A stretch of DNA of 64,000 nt from contig CAJTNO010000001.1 of the NCBI GenBank assembly GCA_910577815.1, positions 284,557-348,556 of the forward strand. The letters run 5' to 3'. Both the position numbers and the translations under genes were made by a program. The notes under the pieces are model-generated. The model did no database searches. It was given only the letters and a program-made list of their open reading frames with translations, and was not told the DNA's origin. The number at the start of each line of letters is the position of its first letter. Positions within the stretch are counted from its first letter, which is position 1. This DNA comes from an uncultured Christensenella sp. (GTDB lineage: Bacteria > Bacillota > Clostridia > Christensenellales > CAG-917). Positions 1-9,086 of this stretch are shown one piece after another.

Positions 1-70
1 ATAGGTCGTTTTCGGCTTCGCTGTCGCCGCCTTGCGCTTTTAATATCAGATTGTTTTCTTCTGTTTTCAT
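1..70 (-). CDS. First 23 codons of a sigma-70 family factor (SigH-like); gene runs off the left edge
   Basis: Reverse strand has ATG at 68-70 and reads MKTEENNLILKAQGGDSEAENDL. Its position downstream of mrnC-rlmB matches the common Firmicute mrnC-rlmB-(yacP)-sigH order. The fragment is too short for certainty. Confidence 0.35.
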   Translation of the reverse strand, partial: MKTEENNLILKAQGGDSEAENDL

Positions 71-105
71 AAACGCTCCCGCATCCGGATATCTGAGAGG
101 TGTGA

Positions 106-837
106 TTATTTTGCCCGCGGACACTGCCTTACCGCTTCGTACAGTACAATCCCCGCCGCTACAGACGCGTTAAGACTGTTTACCTCTCCGTATTGGGGAA
201 TGGTCAACGTATCGTCGCAAAGCTGTTTTGTAAGTCGGTGTATTCCCTCGCCCTCGCTGCCTATCACTATCGCTATATCGCCGCTCAAATTTACCGCATT
301 TGGCGCTTTGCCGTCGAAATCGGTAGCGTATACCCAGACGTTTTGTTCCTTAAGGTCGCGAATGACGTCGTTTATATTGGTTACCTTTGCTATAGGCATA
401 TACTCCGTTGCGCCGCTTGCTACCTTTACTACCGTGTCGTTTACGCTTACGCTTCTGTGCTTGGGAATTACTATGCCGTGCGCGCCGAAGCATTCCGCGC
501 TTCTGATTATCGCGCCGAGATTGTGCGGGTCGGTGATTCCGTCAAGCAGGAGTATCAACAGAGGCTCGTTCTTTGCGCGCGCTCCGTCTATTATGTCCTG
601 TACCGTACAGTAGCTGAAATCCGTTACGGCCGCTACCACTCCTTGATGATTGCCTCCGCCTGCAAGCTTGTCGAGCATTGCTCTGTCGCCGTAGCTTATG
701 ACCGTGCGCGCTTCCTTTGCAAGACTTCGTATGCTGTTTAGCGTGACGTCAAATTCGCCCTTTAGCATATAAAGCTTATCTATCGTTTTGCCTGCGCGAT
801 ACGCTTCTTTTACGGGATTTCTGCCGAATATGTACAT
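106..837 (-). CDS. rlmB: 23S rRNA (guanosine-2'-O)-methyltransferase RlmB, SpoU/TrmH family
   Basis: 243 aa. N-terminal substrate-binding region (FGRNPVKEA) and SpoU motifs (NLGAIIRSAE, IVIGSEGEGI, SLNASVAAGIVLYE). Sits next to mrnC. Confidence 0.85.
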   Translation of the reverse strand: MYIFGRNPVKEAYRAGKTIDKLYMLKGEFDVTLNSIRSLAKEARTVISYGDRAMLDKLAGGGNHQGVVAAVTDFSYCTVQDIIDGARAKNEPLLILLLDGITDPHNLGAIIRSAECFGAHGIVIPKHRSVSVNDTVVKVASGATEYMPIAKVTNINDVIRDLKEQNVWVYATDFDGKAPNAVNLSGDIAIVIGSEGEGIHRLTKQLCDDTLTIPQYGEVNSLNASVAAGIVLYEAVRQCPRAK

Positions 838-896
838 ATGGTGTCCTTTATGTCGTTTTGCAGCTTCCCCGACAGGGAAAGCTATATTTGATTTGT

Positions 897-1337
897 TTAT
901 TTGTTATCTGACGGTTGCAGGGTGTCGGAGTATGCCGCGGATAAAAATTCAAACAGTCGCTCCGTATTGCCTGTAAGATACAGATATCCTATCACCGCTT
1001 CGAAGCCGCTCGCTTTTCTGTATTCCGCAGGTTCCGCGTGCTTCGCGGACGTCTGTATTTTGCAGTTGCGCGCCCGACGGAATATATCCTGCTCCTCCTC
1101 GGTGAACAGCGGCATAAGCCTTTCAGCCTCGGCTGCCTGCGATACCGCCTTTACGACTCGGGTGACCTCCTTGTGAAGCGCGCCCGTTTTCTTTAAGGTT
1201 TCGCCTACGGTCACGCGCGTACGCGTATATAAGGATTGTACTGCGTCGCCTATAAACGCCAACGACATCGGATGTAGCGCAAGGGCGTCCTGTCGCGATA
1301 TAGGTTCTTTAAGCTCGAATACGGATAAATGTGCCAT
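897..1337 (-). CDS. mrnC: Mini-ribonuclease 3
   Basis: 146 aa with the RNase III-like signature LAFIGDAV and the later FEAVIGYLYL. Size and synteny with rlmB fit. Confidence 0.85.
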   Translation of the reverse strand: MAHLSVFELKEPISRQDALALHPMSLAFIGDAVQSLYTRTRVTVGETLKKTGALHKEVTRVVKAVSQAAEAERLMPLFTEEEQDIFRRARNCKIQTSAKHAEPAEYRKASGFEAVIGYLYLTGNTERLFEFLSAAYSDTLQPSDNK

Positions 1338-1369
1338 AAATTCAGTTTAGCACAATAGTCGGGCGATGA

Positions 1370-1404
1370 CAATTAAATAATGACCGCATATTCTGCGGTC
1401 ATTA
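1370..1404 (-). terminator. Rho-independent terminator after the 1424-1840 gene
   Basis: Inverted repeat TAATGACCGCA / TGCGGTCATTA (1378-1388 / 1394-1404) with a 5-nt loop. On the minus strand it is followed by a T-rich run. Confidence 0.6.
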
Positions 1405-1423
1405 CCGTGCGATTTAATTTCTT

Positions 1424-1840
1424 TTACAGGTACGCTCTCAGCGCTTTTATGTTTTTGTCGTAGGTTTTCATCAGGTCGCTTGCAAGCTCGGGAATCTCTA
1501 CGCCGTCGCGGGTGAGCCCGTTGATGCACTTCTGTACGCTGGTTATGCCCATATTGTAGCCGTCGATAAGCATACTTGCAAGGTGAGTATTGCTGTTGTC
1601 GAAGCTTGCGTTTACCTTTACGCCCGCCTTGAGCATTGCGCGCTGAATGGGATTGGTCTGAGCGTCCTCGAGCTCCTGCTCGCCAAGCTCGGATTTGGCT
1701 TTCTCGTAAAAGTCCTCCATAACCTCTTTTTGCGCAAGCACGAGATTTTTGAGCTTGTCGCACTCGATGTAATTGAGAATATTGTCGATGGATTGCGCTC
1801 CCATTGCGGTGTTGCGCACGATTTCTCTAAAAATTTTCAT
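1424..1840 (-). CDS. Hypothetical helical protein (138 aa)
   Basis: Clean ORF with AGGAGG upstream of the ATG and its own terminator. The sequence looks all-helical. No family was recognised with confidence. Confidence 0.55.
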   Translation of the reverse strand: MKIFREIVRNTAMGAQSIDNILNYIECDKLKNLVLAQKEVMEDFYEKAKSELGEQELEDAQTNPIQRAMLKAGVKVNASFDNSNTHLASMLIDGYNMGITSVQKCINGLTRDGVEIPELASDLMKTYDKNIKALRAYL

Positions 1841-1940
1841 AGTTTTCGCCTCCTATGCTTAGAGTGCGGGAAATTTATGTTTTTATACGGGGGAAATTGA
1901 AAATATCCTGCGTAGGCTCGCGCGGGATATTATTTTAAAA

Positions 1941-2498
1941 TCAGTTAAATATTTTATCTAAAAATTCTTTTATCCAGGATTTGTATACTACCTTTTCGCC
2001 GCCATCGGAGTCGGGCACGAAGCAGAGAGGGGGAAACGCCACGCACCACCAGTTGTCGCCGCTGCCGCTGCCCAGATTTATTACTACTGCATCGTAATTG
2101 CCTGCGGGGAATTCGTAGCCGTCGTAGACGCGGTCGGGAAAGTATTCGTTGTCTATACGTATAGATGATTTATAGGAATATCCGTGCGTTTTAAGCGTGC
2201 TGTCGGCGATTGCCGTAAGGCGCGAGCGCTCGCGGGAAAGAACTGCCGCCGCCTCGCTTTTGGTGCGGCACTCCGATAGCGCAAGCTCTAAAAATTCGGT
2301 AATTCTGTCGCGCACCGCAAGCTTTACCGATTGGTCCGCCTCGCTGTTGGAGTTGGCGCGTATATGTATTCTTATGCAGCTTTCGGCAAGCTGTTTCCGG
2401 TCAGCCGTCCTCAGGTCGCAGGCGCACATCGACAGCAGGGCGAGTGCGAGCAGTATCAGCGCAAAAAATGAAGCTATAATGATTTTTCTTGTTTTCAT
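1941..2498 (-). CDS. spoIIR: Stage II sporulation protein R
   Basis: IRIHIRANSNSEADQ, then DNWWCVAFPPLCF near the C-terminus, typical of SpoIIR. Start moved to the internal ATG at 2498 (MKTRKIIIASFF...), which gives a signal/TM segment. Confidence 0.85.
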   Translation of the reverse strand: MKTRKIIIASFFALILLALALLSMCACDLRTADRKQLAESCIRIHIRANSNSEADQSVKLAVRDRITEFLELALSECRTKSEAAAVLSRERSRLTAIADSTLKTHGYSYKSSIRIDNEYFPDRVYDGYEFPAGNYDAVVINLGSGSGDNWWCVAFPPLCFVPDSDGGEKVVYKSWIKEFLDKIFN

Positions 2499-2588
2499 AC
2501 GCCTATTATTGCCACTTGTCCGAGCTTTAAACGGGTGCGCTTGCATAAAAACGCTGTCTATAAACAAACTACCCGAAAGAGGTGAAAA

Positions 2589-3308
2589 ATGCAAATTCAA
2601 AAAAACACTACGGCGGCTACAAAGATTTTGCTTATTCTGCTTGCTATGATTTTGCTTGCGGGATTGCTTGCGTACTTTCTGCCGACCGATAACGGAGTAG
2701 CCGACGCTGCGGTTTTAAAGCAGGGCTCGTCGGGCGCTACCGTTAAAACGATGCAAACAAAATTGATTAACTGGGGCTATCTGACAGGTAAGGCGGACGG
2801 AATATTCGGCTCCAAAACCAAGGCGGCGGTCATCAGGTTTCAGAGAAACAACGGACTGAGCGCGGACGGCATAGTAGGTACCAAGACCGCTCAGGCTATG
2901 GGTCTTAAGCTGTCGGGCTCGTCAAGCTCGGGTAATAACTCGGGAGGCGGAAGCTCCTCGTCTACGGACCTTAACCTGCTTGCGAGAGTTGTGTACGGAG
3001 AGGCGAGAGGAGAGCCCTATACCGGTCAGGTTGCGGTTGCGGCAGTCGTGCTCAACAGAGTCAGAAGCTCGTCCTTCCCCAATACCATTGCGGGCGTTAT
3101 TTATCAGTCGGGAGCCTTCGACTGCGTGCCTGACGGACAGATAAATCTTACTCCCAATCAGAGCGCTTACAATGCCGCGCGCGACGCGCTGAACGGCTGG
3201 GACCCGTCCTACGGTTGTCTGTTTTACTACAATCCCCGTACCGCGACGAGTAAATGGATGCTTTCGCGTACGGTTAAGCTCAATATAGGAAATCACGCGT
3301 TTTGTTAA
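2589..3308 (+). CDS. sleB: Spore cortex-lytic enzyme SleB (PG-binding domain plus cell-wall hydrolase domain)
   Basis: Signal/TM segment, peptidoglycan-binding repeat (GSSGATVKTMQTKLINWGYL...DGIFGSKT) and SleB hydrolase core (ARVVYGEARGEPY...AVAAVVLNRV...FYYNP). Followed by ypeB. Confidence 0.85.
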   Translation: MQIQKNTTAATKILLILLAMILLAGLLAYFLPTDNGVADAAVLKQGSSGATVKTMQTKLINWGYLTGKADGIFGSKTKAAVIRFQRNNGLSADGIVGTKTAQAMGLKLSGSSSSGNNSGGGSSSSTDLNLLARVVYGEARGEPYTGQVAVAAVVLNRVRSSSFPNTIAGVIYQSGAFDCVPDGQINLTPNQSAYNAARDALNGWDPSYGCLFYYNPRTATSKWMLSRTVKLNIGNHAFC

Positions 3309-3329
3309 ATCCGCGTTTAAGAGGTGTAT

Positions 3330-4748
3330 ATGAAAAAGAATAATAAACAGGTCTGCGTGAACGAGTGTCCGCAGGAAAACAGAAGAAACAAAAAACCAAG
3401 CAAAAATAAGGTTATCAAAACCGCGGTTTTCGGGACTGCGTTCGGATTGTGCGCAAGCGCGATAGTTGGCTTATCCGTTGCGCTGTACTTTGCGGATAAG
3501 ACCGTTACCACCCACGAGACGTATCAGCGTCAGATGGACGCGGTTTACTCGAGAGCCTATTACGATTTGCTTGACGGCGCAAGCGACCTCGGCATAAATC
3601 TGCGTAAAATAGGAGTTTCCAACTCGCCCAGAATGCAGCAGTCGCTGCTGTACGAGGTGTGGAGCTCCGCAAATCTTGCCGAGAACAGCCTCGCTATGTT
3701 CGAGAGCAACGACGACGGGCTTTTGCAGGCGCAGAAGTTTGTAAATCAGCTCGGCGATTACTCGCATACGCTCGCCCGCAGAGTGGCTAACGGCGAATCG
3801 CTCTCCGCAGAGGAGCGCAGTAAGCTCATTAAAATGGGAGATATGGCGGACGTGTATATGAAGGCACTGCGACAGGTTCAGACCAATCTCGAGGACGGAC
3901 GTATGTTCGTCGGCGAGGGCGGCGCGCTCGAGGGCTTTGCGGACGCATTCGCTCCCTTCGCCGAGCCGAGCTTCGAATATCCCGAAATGATTTACGACGG
4001 TCCGTTTTCTGACTCGATGGAGAACAGAGAGCCTATCGCGCTTAAGGGCGAGATTATTAACGAGCTTAAGGGCGCGGAGATTGTCGTCGATTATCTCGGC
4101 GGATTGGGCGCAAAAAATATCAAATTTATAGGCGAGGGCAACGGCGATATTCCTACGCTCAACTACTCGCTTACCATAGAGGGTATGGAAGCCTTTGCGC
4201 AGCTGAGCAAGCAGGGCGGCAGGCTTGTGCTGTTCAATATGGCTACCGCCTCCGACTCCGAGCCTGCCGTCAGACAGGACGCAGGTCCTACCTGTCAGCA
4301 GAACGCGCTGTCCTTTGCGCGCAAGCTCGGCTTTGACAATATGCAGGTGGTCTGGTCCTCCTCTATGGACGGCGAGTGCTATATCAACCTCGCTCCCGTG
4401 GACAACGACGTGATTCTCTATTCCGATTTGGTTAAGGTCAAGGTGCGCGAGCGCGACAGTCACGTCATCGGCTTTGACGCAACTCACTATGCCTACAATC
4501 ATCGCGAAAGAACGATTCCCGCTCCCGCGATAAGCGCGGAACAGGCGGAAAAGACGCTGTCAATTCCCGCAGTGACGGAGGGCAGACTTGCGCTCATTCC
4601 TCTAAACGGCGCGCGCGAGGTGCTGACATATGAGTTCGAGTGCGAGCGAGACGGAACGTACTTCGTATATATCGACGCGCTGACCGGCGACGAGGCAAAT
4701 ATACTCTACGTTGTGGACGACGCCGACCTTGGTTCTCAGACAATGTAA
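3330..4748 (+). CDS. ypeB: Germination protein YpeB
   Basis: About 470 aa with an N-terminal TM segment and C-terminal PepSY-like repeats. It lies immediately downstream of sleB, the conserved sleB-ypeB pair. ATG at 3330 is preceded by AAGAGG. Confidence 0.8.
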   Translation: MKKNNKQVCVNECPQENRRNKKPSKNKVIKTAVFGTAFGLCASAIVGLSVALYFADKTVTTHETYQRQMDAVYSRAYYDLLDGASDLGINLRKIGVSNSPRMQQSLLYEVWSSANLAENSLAMFESNDDGLLQAQKFVNQLGDYSHTLARRVANGESLSAEERSKLIKMGDMADVYMKALRQVQTNLEDGRMFVGEGGALEGFADAFAPFAEPSFEYPEMIYDGPFSDSMENREPIALKGEIINELKGAEIVVDYLGGLGAKNIKFIGEGNGDIPTLNYSLTIEGMEAFAQLSKQGGRLVLFNMATASDSEPAVRQDAGPTCQQNALSFARKLGFDNMQVVWSSSMDGECYINLAPVDNDVILYSDLVKVKVRERDSHVIGFDATHYAYNHRERTIPAPAISAEQAEKTLSIPAVTEGRLALIPLNGAREVLTYEFECERDGTYFVYIDALTGDEANILYVVDDADLGSQTM

Positions 4749-4767
4749 AAATAAAGAGTAAAAAAAT

Positions 4768-4796
4768 AAAGCTCCGTCCTTGCGACGGAGCTTTTA
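4768..4796. terminator. Bidirectional terminator hairpin between convergent ypeB and the 4800-5978 gene
   Basis: AAAGCTCCGTC-cttgc-GACGGAGCTTT, with A-run and T-run flanks. Confidence 0.75.
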
Positions 4797-4799
4797 AGC

Positions 4800-5978
4800 T
4801 TATCTGCGTTTTGAATTTTTAGCGTTGTTTTTGCCCGATTTGGAATTGGATTTTTTTGAGCTCGCGGCCTTGCCCCTTCCTTTCCCTCCGCGTTCGGGCT
4901 CAGGCTCCTTTCTTACAAGGCTCTTGATAAAGCACAGAGAAATTATAAATTGCAATACGCCCCATATCGCGCCTGCGATGGCAAGATAGCCCTTTGCGCC
5001 TATTACGTCTACCAGATAGCCGATAACGTCGCCGTCCGTCTTGATGAGATAGGGCGCAAACAGCGCGGTTGCCGCAAGTCCGCCTATTATAAGGCTGAAT
5101 ATCACGTTGAACGCTCTGCCGTACTTTCTGCCGCACATAGAGATAAATGCGACTATAAAGTTTATGCAGGACAGCGTGAACAGCAGCAGAGGAACGAGTA
5201 TCGCAAAGCCGCCGAGCGCGCCTGCCGCAGCCATAGTGCCTTTAAACAGCTCGAAGCTGTTTATCATATGAGCCCATACGGTAATGCCGTCGAAGTACGA
5301 AGCCGCCTTTACCCATACGAAGGATTCGGGCAGGGTAATAGTGCCGTTTGCCGTAAGATAGCTTACCGCCGCGAGCGCAATGAATACGGCTGAGAATACC
5401 ATCATTATGAGGTTTCTTAAGGTGCCGTTCTTCTTGTCGGAACGTTGCTCCGCCTTAGCGTTTTGCCGAGCCTGTGCATTTTTGTTGCTTACGGGCGCGG
5501 CTTTCGTCGCCTTTTTGCTTTGCTTTACGGGCTGCTCGTACATCTCCTGCGGCTCGTCGTCATACATATCCGCGCGTGAGTTTGCGTATGCGCTGTTCCT
5601 CGGAGCGTTGTATTGATTTGTGCGCGTCGCGCCGTAATTGTTGGTTTTTTGAGCGCCGTATCCTGCGTTGCGTTGATTGCCGTAGGCTCCCGTAGCTCTC
5701 TGTCCGCCGTAGGTGTTTGCCCTCGGCGCAGAGTACGCGTTTGTCCTTTGCGTAGCCTGTCTTTGCGGCGCGGTGTTTCTCGCTCCCGGAGGCGCGGCAA
5801 GCGCAGGTCTGGACATAGGTTGCGAAAGTATCTGCGGGTTCTGGTTTATTTTTACGCCTATAGTCACACCGCAGCTCGGACATTTTATGCGGTGTCTGTA
5901 ATTTTCGGGGAGTGAATCTTTATTCGCAGGTGGGTCAAAGCTGATTTCTGAACGACAACTCGGACATCTTGTATACAT
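4800..5978 (-). CDS. Zinc-ribbon protein with a low-complexity linker and a polytopic membrane domain
   Basis: N-terminal CPSC...CPSC zinc ribbon. About 100 aa of degenerate N/Q/R/Y/A/G-rich repeats, several hydrophobic helices, and a Lys/Ser/Gly-rich tail. Confidence 0.6.
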   Translation of the reverse strand: MYTRCPSCRSEISFDPPANKDSLPENYRHRIKCPSCGVTIGVKINQNPQILSQPMSRPALAAPPGARNTAPQRQATQRTNAYSAPRANTYGGQRATGAYGNQRNAGYGAQKTNNYGATRTNQYNAPRNSAYANSRADMYDDEPQEMYEQPVKQSKKATKAAPVSNKNAQARQNAKAEQRSDKKNGTLRNLIMMVFSAVFIALAAVSYLTANGTITLPESFVWVKAASYFDGITVWAHMINSFELFKGTMAAAGALGGFAILVPLLLFTLSCINFIVAFISMCGRKYGRAFNVIFSLIIGGLAATALFAPYLIKTDGDVIGYLVDVIGAKGYLAIAGAIWGVLQFIISLCFIKSLVRKEPEPERGGKGRGKAASSKKSNSKSGKNNAKNSKRR

Positions 5979-6283
5979 AATGCGTCAACTCCTTTCCTTA
6001 TAGTATAAATCAATCACTATTATATTATCATAAAGCGATAAAGTCAATGATATTTTAATTTCCAAAAGCTTACAAATACTCATAAGTCGGCATATATGCT
6101 TTGTAAAAATCGGTTTTTATTCTATTAGTATGCTTTAAAGGCTGAGCTTGGCAATACCGTTTTTTTACCCGTCTTTTACTAAACTATGCGTTTATATGAT
6201 TGAAAATACCATATAAAATGCCCTTTTATAAATTTTGTGTGCATTTTATTCGCTTGCGCCCGGAGAGGATTGGGATAAAAGGG

Positions 6284-6312
6284 TTGCAAAAATCCGCCGT
6301 CGGGGCTATAAT
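6284..6312 (+). promoter_or_regulatory. Sigma-A type promoter for the riboswitch-controlled operon
   Basis: TTGCAA (6284-6289), 17-nt spacer, TATAAT (6307-6312). Confidence 0.6.
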
Positions 6313-6319
6313 CGAGTAA

Positions 6320-6498
6320 ATGAATACCGCGCAGGCTGCACGGCGAAAGTATGTGCATTAAACGGGGAATACGGTGAAAATCCGTAGCTGTTCCGCAACG
6401 GTAACCTAAGGGAAGCCCGAATGCCAGACCTGCGAGAGGGGTTTCGTTTGGTTCGAGTTAAGCCGAGCGCGTCGGACACGTTTGGCGTGTCCTTTTTT
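6320..6498 (+). promoter_or_regulatory. Cobalamin (B12) riboswitch with intrinsic terminator
   Basis: Conserved core GGGGAAUACGGUGAAAAUCCGUAGCUGUUCCGCAACGGUAA and B12 box GGGAAGCCCGAAUGCCAGACCUGC. Expression platform hairpin GGACACG-tttgg-CGTGTCC plus T6 (6474-6498) lies just before the first gene. Confidence 0.85.
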
Positions 6499-6538
6499 AT
6501 TGAAAACGTAAATGCGGATAAATTTATAAGGAGTGCTT

Positions 6539-7096
6539 ATGAAATTAAAAAAAAGAATTGCGCTTTGCGCGCTTATGCTTGCGCTGGTAGCGGTGCTGAG
6601 CTTTACGCTTGTTGCGTGCAACGGCTCGCTTGAGCAACAGATACGCGATTTGCAGGATAAGGTGAACGGCTTCGAGCAGGATTTTGCGGAAAAGTCCATA
6701 ACCGTGTATATCGGGGAGAAGGAATTTGCGGTTACTACGCGCAAGTCCTTTCTGCACGACGTGCTTAAGGATTTGAAGGCAGGAGGGAAAATATCCGCGT
6801 ACGCTTACAGCGGCGGAGAGCTCAGCCCGTTTTTCACCCGGATAGACGACCTTGAGCAGGATACGGCAAATTATAAGTATTATACCGTCTGGCACACAGT
6901 GGATGAGTTTTCGCTGAAAAGCGTTTATGCGGGCTTTATGCCCGGGCGCGGCGAAAAGCTGACGGAGGGAGAGGGCGAGTACGCAACGGTATTTGTTGCT
7001 ACCTCTTATAAGCAGAGGACGATGTTTTATTCTAACGTAGGCGTGGGACTCCTGCCCGTTGTGGACGGAGCCGCATATGCCGTGCTTGTGGACTGA
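6539..7096 (+). CDS. Lipoprotein, DUF4430/transcobalamin-like (putative surface B12-binding protein)
   Basis: Lipobox LVAC after a signal peptide, with AAGGAG 6 nt upstream of ATG 6539. It lies directly under the B12 riboswitch. The family call comes from context and general sequence character only. Confidence 0.5.
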   Translation: MKLKKRIALCALMLALVAVLSFTLVACNGSLEQQIRDLQDKVNGFEQDFAEKSITVYIGEKEFAVTTRKSFLHDVLKDLKAGGKISAYAYSGGELSPFFTRIDDLEQDTANYKYYTVWHTVDEFSLKSVYAGFMPGRGEKLTEGEGEYATVFVATSYKQRTMFYSNVGVGLLPVVDGAAYAVLVD

Positions 7097-7183
7097 CCTG
7101 AGGTCGGCATAAATCTAAACCTTTTGAATAAACGGAGTTTGAAGCAAACCGAAGTTTAAATAATTAAATCGATAATATAAAGT

Positions 7184-7798
7184 ATGCTTACGGCAAGAAA
7201 CAAATCCAATAAAACGGCGACCTTGTACGTGGTGCGAGTGGCGTTTATGGCGGCGACGCTAACGGCGTTTAAGCTGGCACTGTCCTTTGTGCCCAACGTG
7301 GAGGCGGTTACGCTGATTATATGCGTGTACGGCTCGGCTATGGGCGTTGCGTACGCTTTGCCCGCCGCGCTGATTTTCTGCACGGCGGAGCTTGCAATTT
7401 ACGGGTTTGGAAGCTGGGCGCTGTTGTACTACGTTTATTGGAGCTTGCTTGCCATAGTATCGGGATTGCTTTTGAAGGGCGGAAGAATTCCGCTTGCGGT
7501 TATTACAAGTATTGTCGGAAGCGCGTTGTTCGGAGTGCTGTCGGCTTGCTGCGATACGCTGTTTATCGTGACGAGCCTTGCGCCTTCAAGGCTCGGGGAT
7601 TACTGGATTGCCTATTATATCCGCGGTCTTTACTTCGACGTTGTGCATATCATTTCCAATGCGGTTATTATGTCCGTACTCTACGCGCCGTTGATTGCGG
7701 TGATTAAACGGGCGGCGCCGAGCGCGTACGGACGAACCCGCGCGCCGAGGCTTATGCGCCGTCTTGTGTTTTTGGAATACTCAAGAGAATGCGATTAA
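7184..7798 (+). CDS. ECF-transporter S-component-like membrane protein (putative cobalamin-specific, CbrT-like)
   Basis: 204 aa with about 6 TM helices, typical in size and hydrophobic pattern for ECF substrate-capture subunits. Second gene of the B12-riboswitch operon. Confidence 0.55.
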   Translation: MLTARNKSNKTATLYVVRVAFMAATLTAFKLALSFVPNVEAVTLIICVYGSAMGVAYALPAALIFCTAELAIYGFGSWALLYYVYWSLLAIVSGLLLKGGRIPLAVITSIVGSALFGVLSACCDTLFIVTSLAPSRLGDYWIAYYIRGLYFDVVHIISNAVIMSVLYAPLIAVIKRAAPSAYGRTRAPRLMRRLVFLEYSRECD

Positions 7799-7831
7799 AT
7801 CGGTTATCTAAATCGCTCGATTTTGTTTAAG

Positions 7832-8143
7832 CTACGCCTTTGCGTCGTCAAGCGCGGCGCGCATAGAGATGTAATCCGAGCAAAGCTGTATTATGTAGCG
7901 CTGTCTGTCGTCGTGGGACATCTCCTTTAATTTTTGCTCGTCCGCAAACTCCGATATTGGATTGTCTATGTTCTTTCCGCTCTGCCGCAGCTCGAATAGC
8001 TTTATGTATATTTCGCGCTGCCGCGGCGTCGCGCTCTTGGGTACGGAGGGATAGGGTTGCTTATAATCGTTGTTCATAAGCCGCGCCTTCGCCTGGTTGG
8101 CAAGGTCGCGCATAGGACATTTATTGTGTTTTACATTACTCAT
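7832..8143 (-). CDS. Hypothetical small protein (103 aa)
   Basis: ORF with GGAGG upstream of the ATG. No recognised family. Confidence 0.5.
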   Translation of the reverse strand: MSNVKHNKCPMRDLANQAKARLMNNDYKQPYPSVPKSATPRQREIYIKLFELRQSGKNIDNPISEFADEQKLKEMSHDDRQRYIIQLCSDYISMRAALDDAKA

Positions 8144-8224
8144 ATCAGCCTCCGCCGTTATGATAACATAATCGGAGAGGAAAAGAATACTATACGCAAA
8201 ATAAGACAGAATTCGACAAATTTT

Positions 8225-8587
8225 TTAATTTTTATCCTCGGGTATATTGTCGTCGGTTTTCCTTTGAGCGTCCTTGACCTTTGTTCTTTTGGACATTATT
8301 TTTCTTGTTGTCAGCGGAATGGGTAGCACTCCCGCTACGAAGGCGGCAAACCCGTATAGCTCGAATTTTCCGTCTAAAAAGAATTCGAGACAGACGGCGA
8401 ACAGCGCGCCTATGCACACCGTTGCGAAAAAGTCGGTTAAAGCGCGCTCGGCGGGGCGCGCTTTTCGCAGATACAAAAGCGCAATTACGCCCGCCGCAAG
8501 TCCGAGCGCAAGGCAGAGGGCAAAGCGGACGAGCTGTACCCTCGCGTTTGCGCCGAGATAGAAGGTTTGTGACAGTAGCACCGTCAT
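8225..8587 (-). CDS. yabQ: Spore cortex biosynthesis protein YabQ-like membrane protein
   Basis: 120 aa, hydrophobic with a basic tail. The start overlaps the yabP stop (ATGA), the conserved yabP-yabQ pair. Confidence 0.6.
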   Translation of the reverse strand: MTVLLSQTFYLGANARVQLVRFALCLALGLAAGVIALLYLRKARPAERALTDFFATVCIGALFAVCLEFFLDGKFELYGFAAFVAGVLPIPLTTRKIMSKRTKVKDAQRKTDDNIPEDKN

Positions 8588-8982
8588 TTGAATATGCGTT
8601 TGATTATTGACGTAGGCGCCGCCTGAGAGGTGTAGCGCAGAGAAAATACTCTGCCCGTGACCTGAAGCTTGCCGTTTTCGATGTCCAAGGTCTTTACCGC
8701 AAGGTTCTGTCCTGTTACCAGAAGCGTTTCGTTTTCAAGGCGGACGGTTATGTTTTTGTCCGTAAACACGGGGACGTCCTTTACTCCGGTCATACTCATT
8801 GCGCGCTCGTGGTCAAGCTCGAGCTTGTGTCCCGTTCTTTCCGCGGGAGAGGAGTTCGGTTTCGCCGCGGCGACCGTGCTTGTCGGCTTCGTTCCCGAAA
8901 AGGACAGCGAGCGGGTGTTTACCGCTCCCGTCGGTTTTTGTCCGTTTTTGTTTATTGTGCTGTCAGAGTTTGAAAATTCCAT
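8584..8982 (-). CDS. yabP: Sporulation protein YabP
   Basis: C-terminal HKLELDHERAMSMTGVKDVPVFTDKNITVRLENETLLVTGQNLAVKTLDIENGKLQVTGRVFSLRY is the YabP pattern. Start set at ATG 8982, preceded by AAGGAG. Confidence 0.85.
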   Translation of the reverse strand: MEFSNSDSTINKNGQKPTGAVNTRSLSFSGTKPTSTVAAAKPNSSPAERTGHKLELDHERAMSMTGVKDVPVFTDKNITVRLENETLLVTGQNLAVKTLDIENGKLQVTGRVFSLRYTSQAAPTSIIKRIFK

Positions 8983-9086
8983 ATAGATTACTCCTTTGCG
9001 GCGGGCGCATTTCATTGACAATAATATTAAAAGAGAATAAAATATATGAGTATTTTTAAAAAACAGCTGAGGTTTTAAGCGATATA

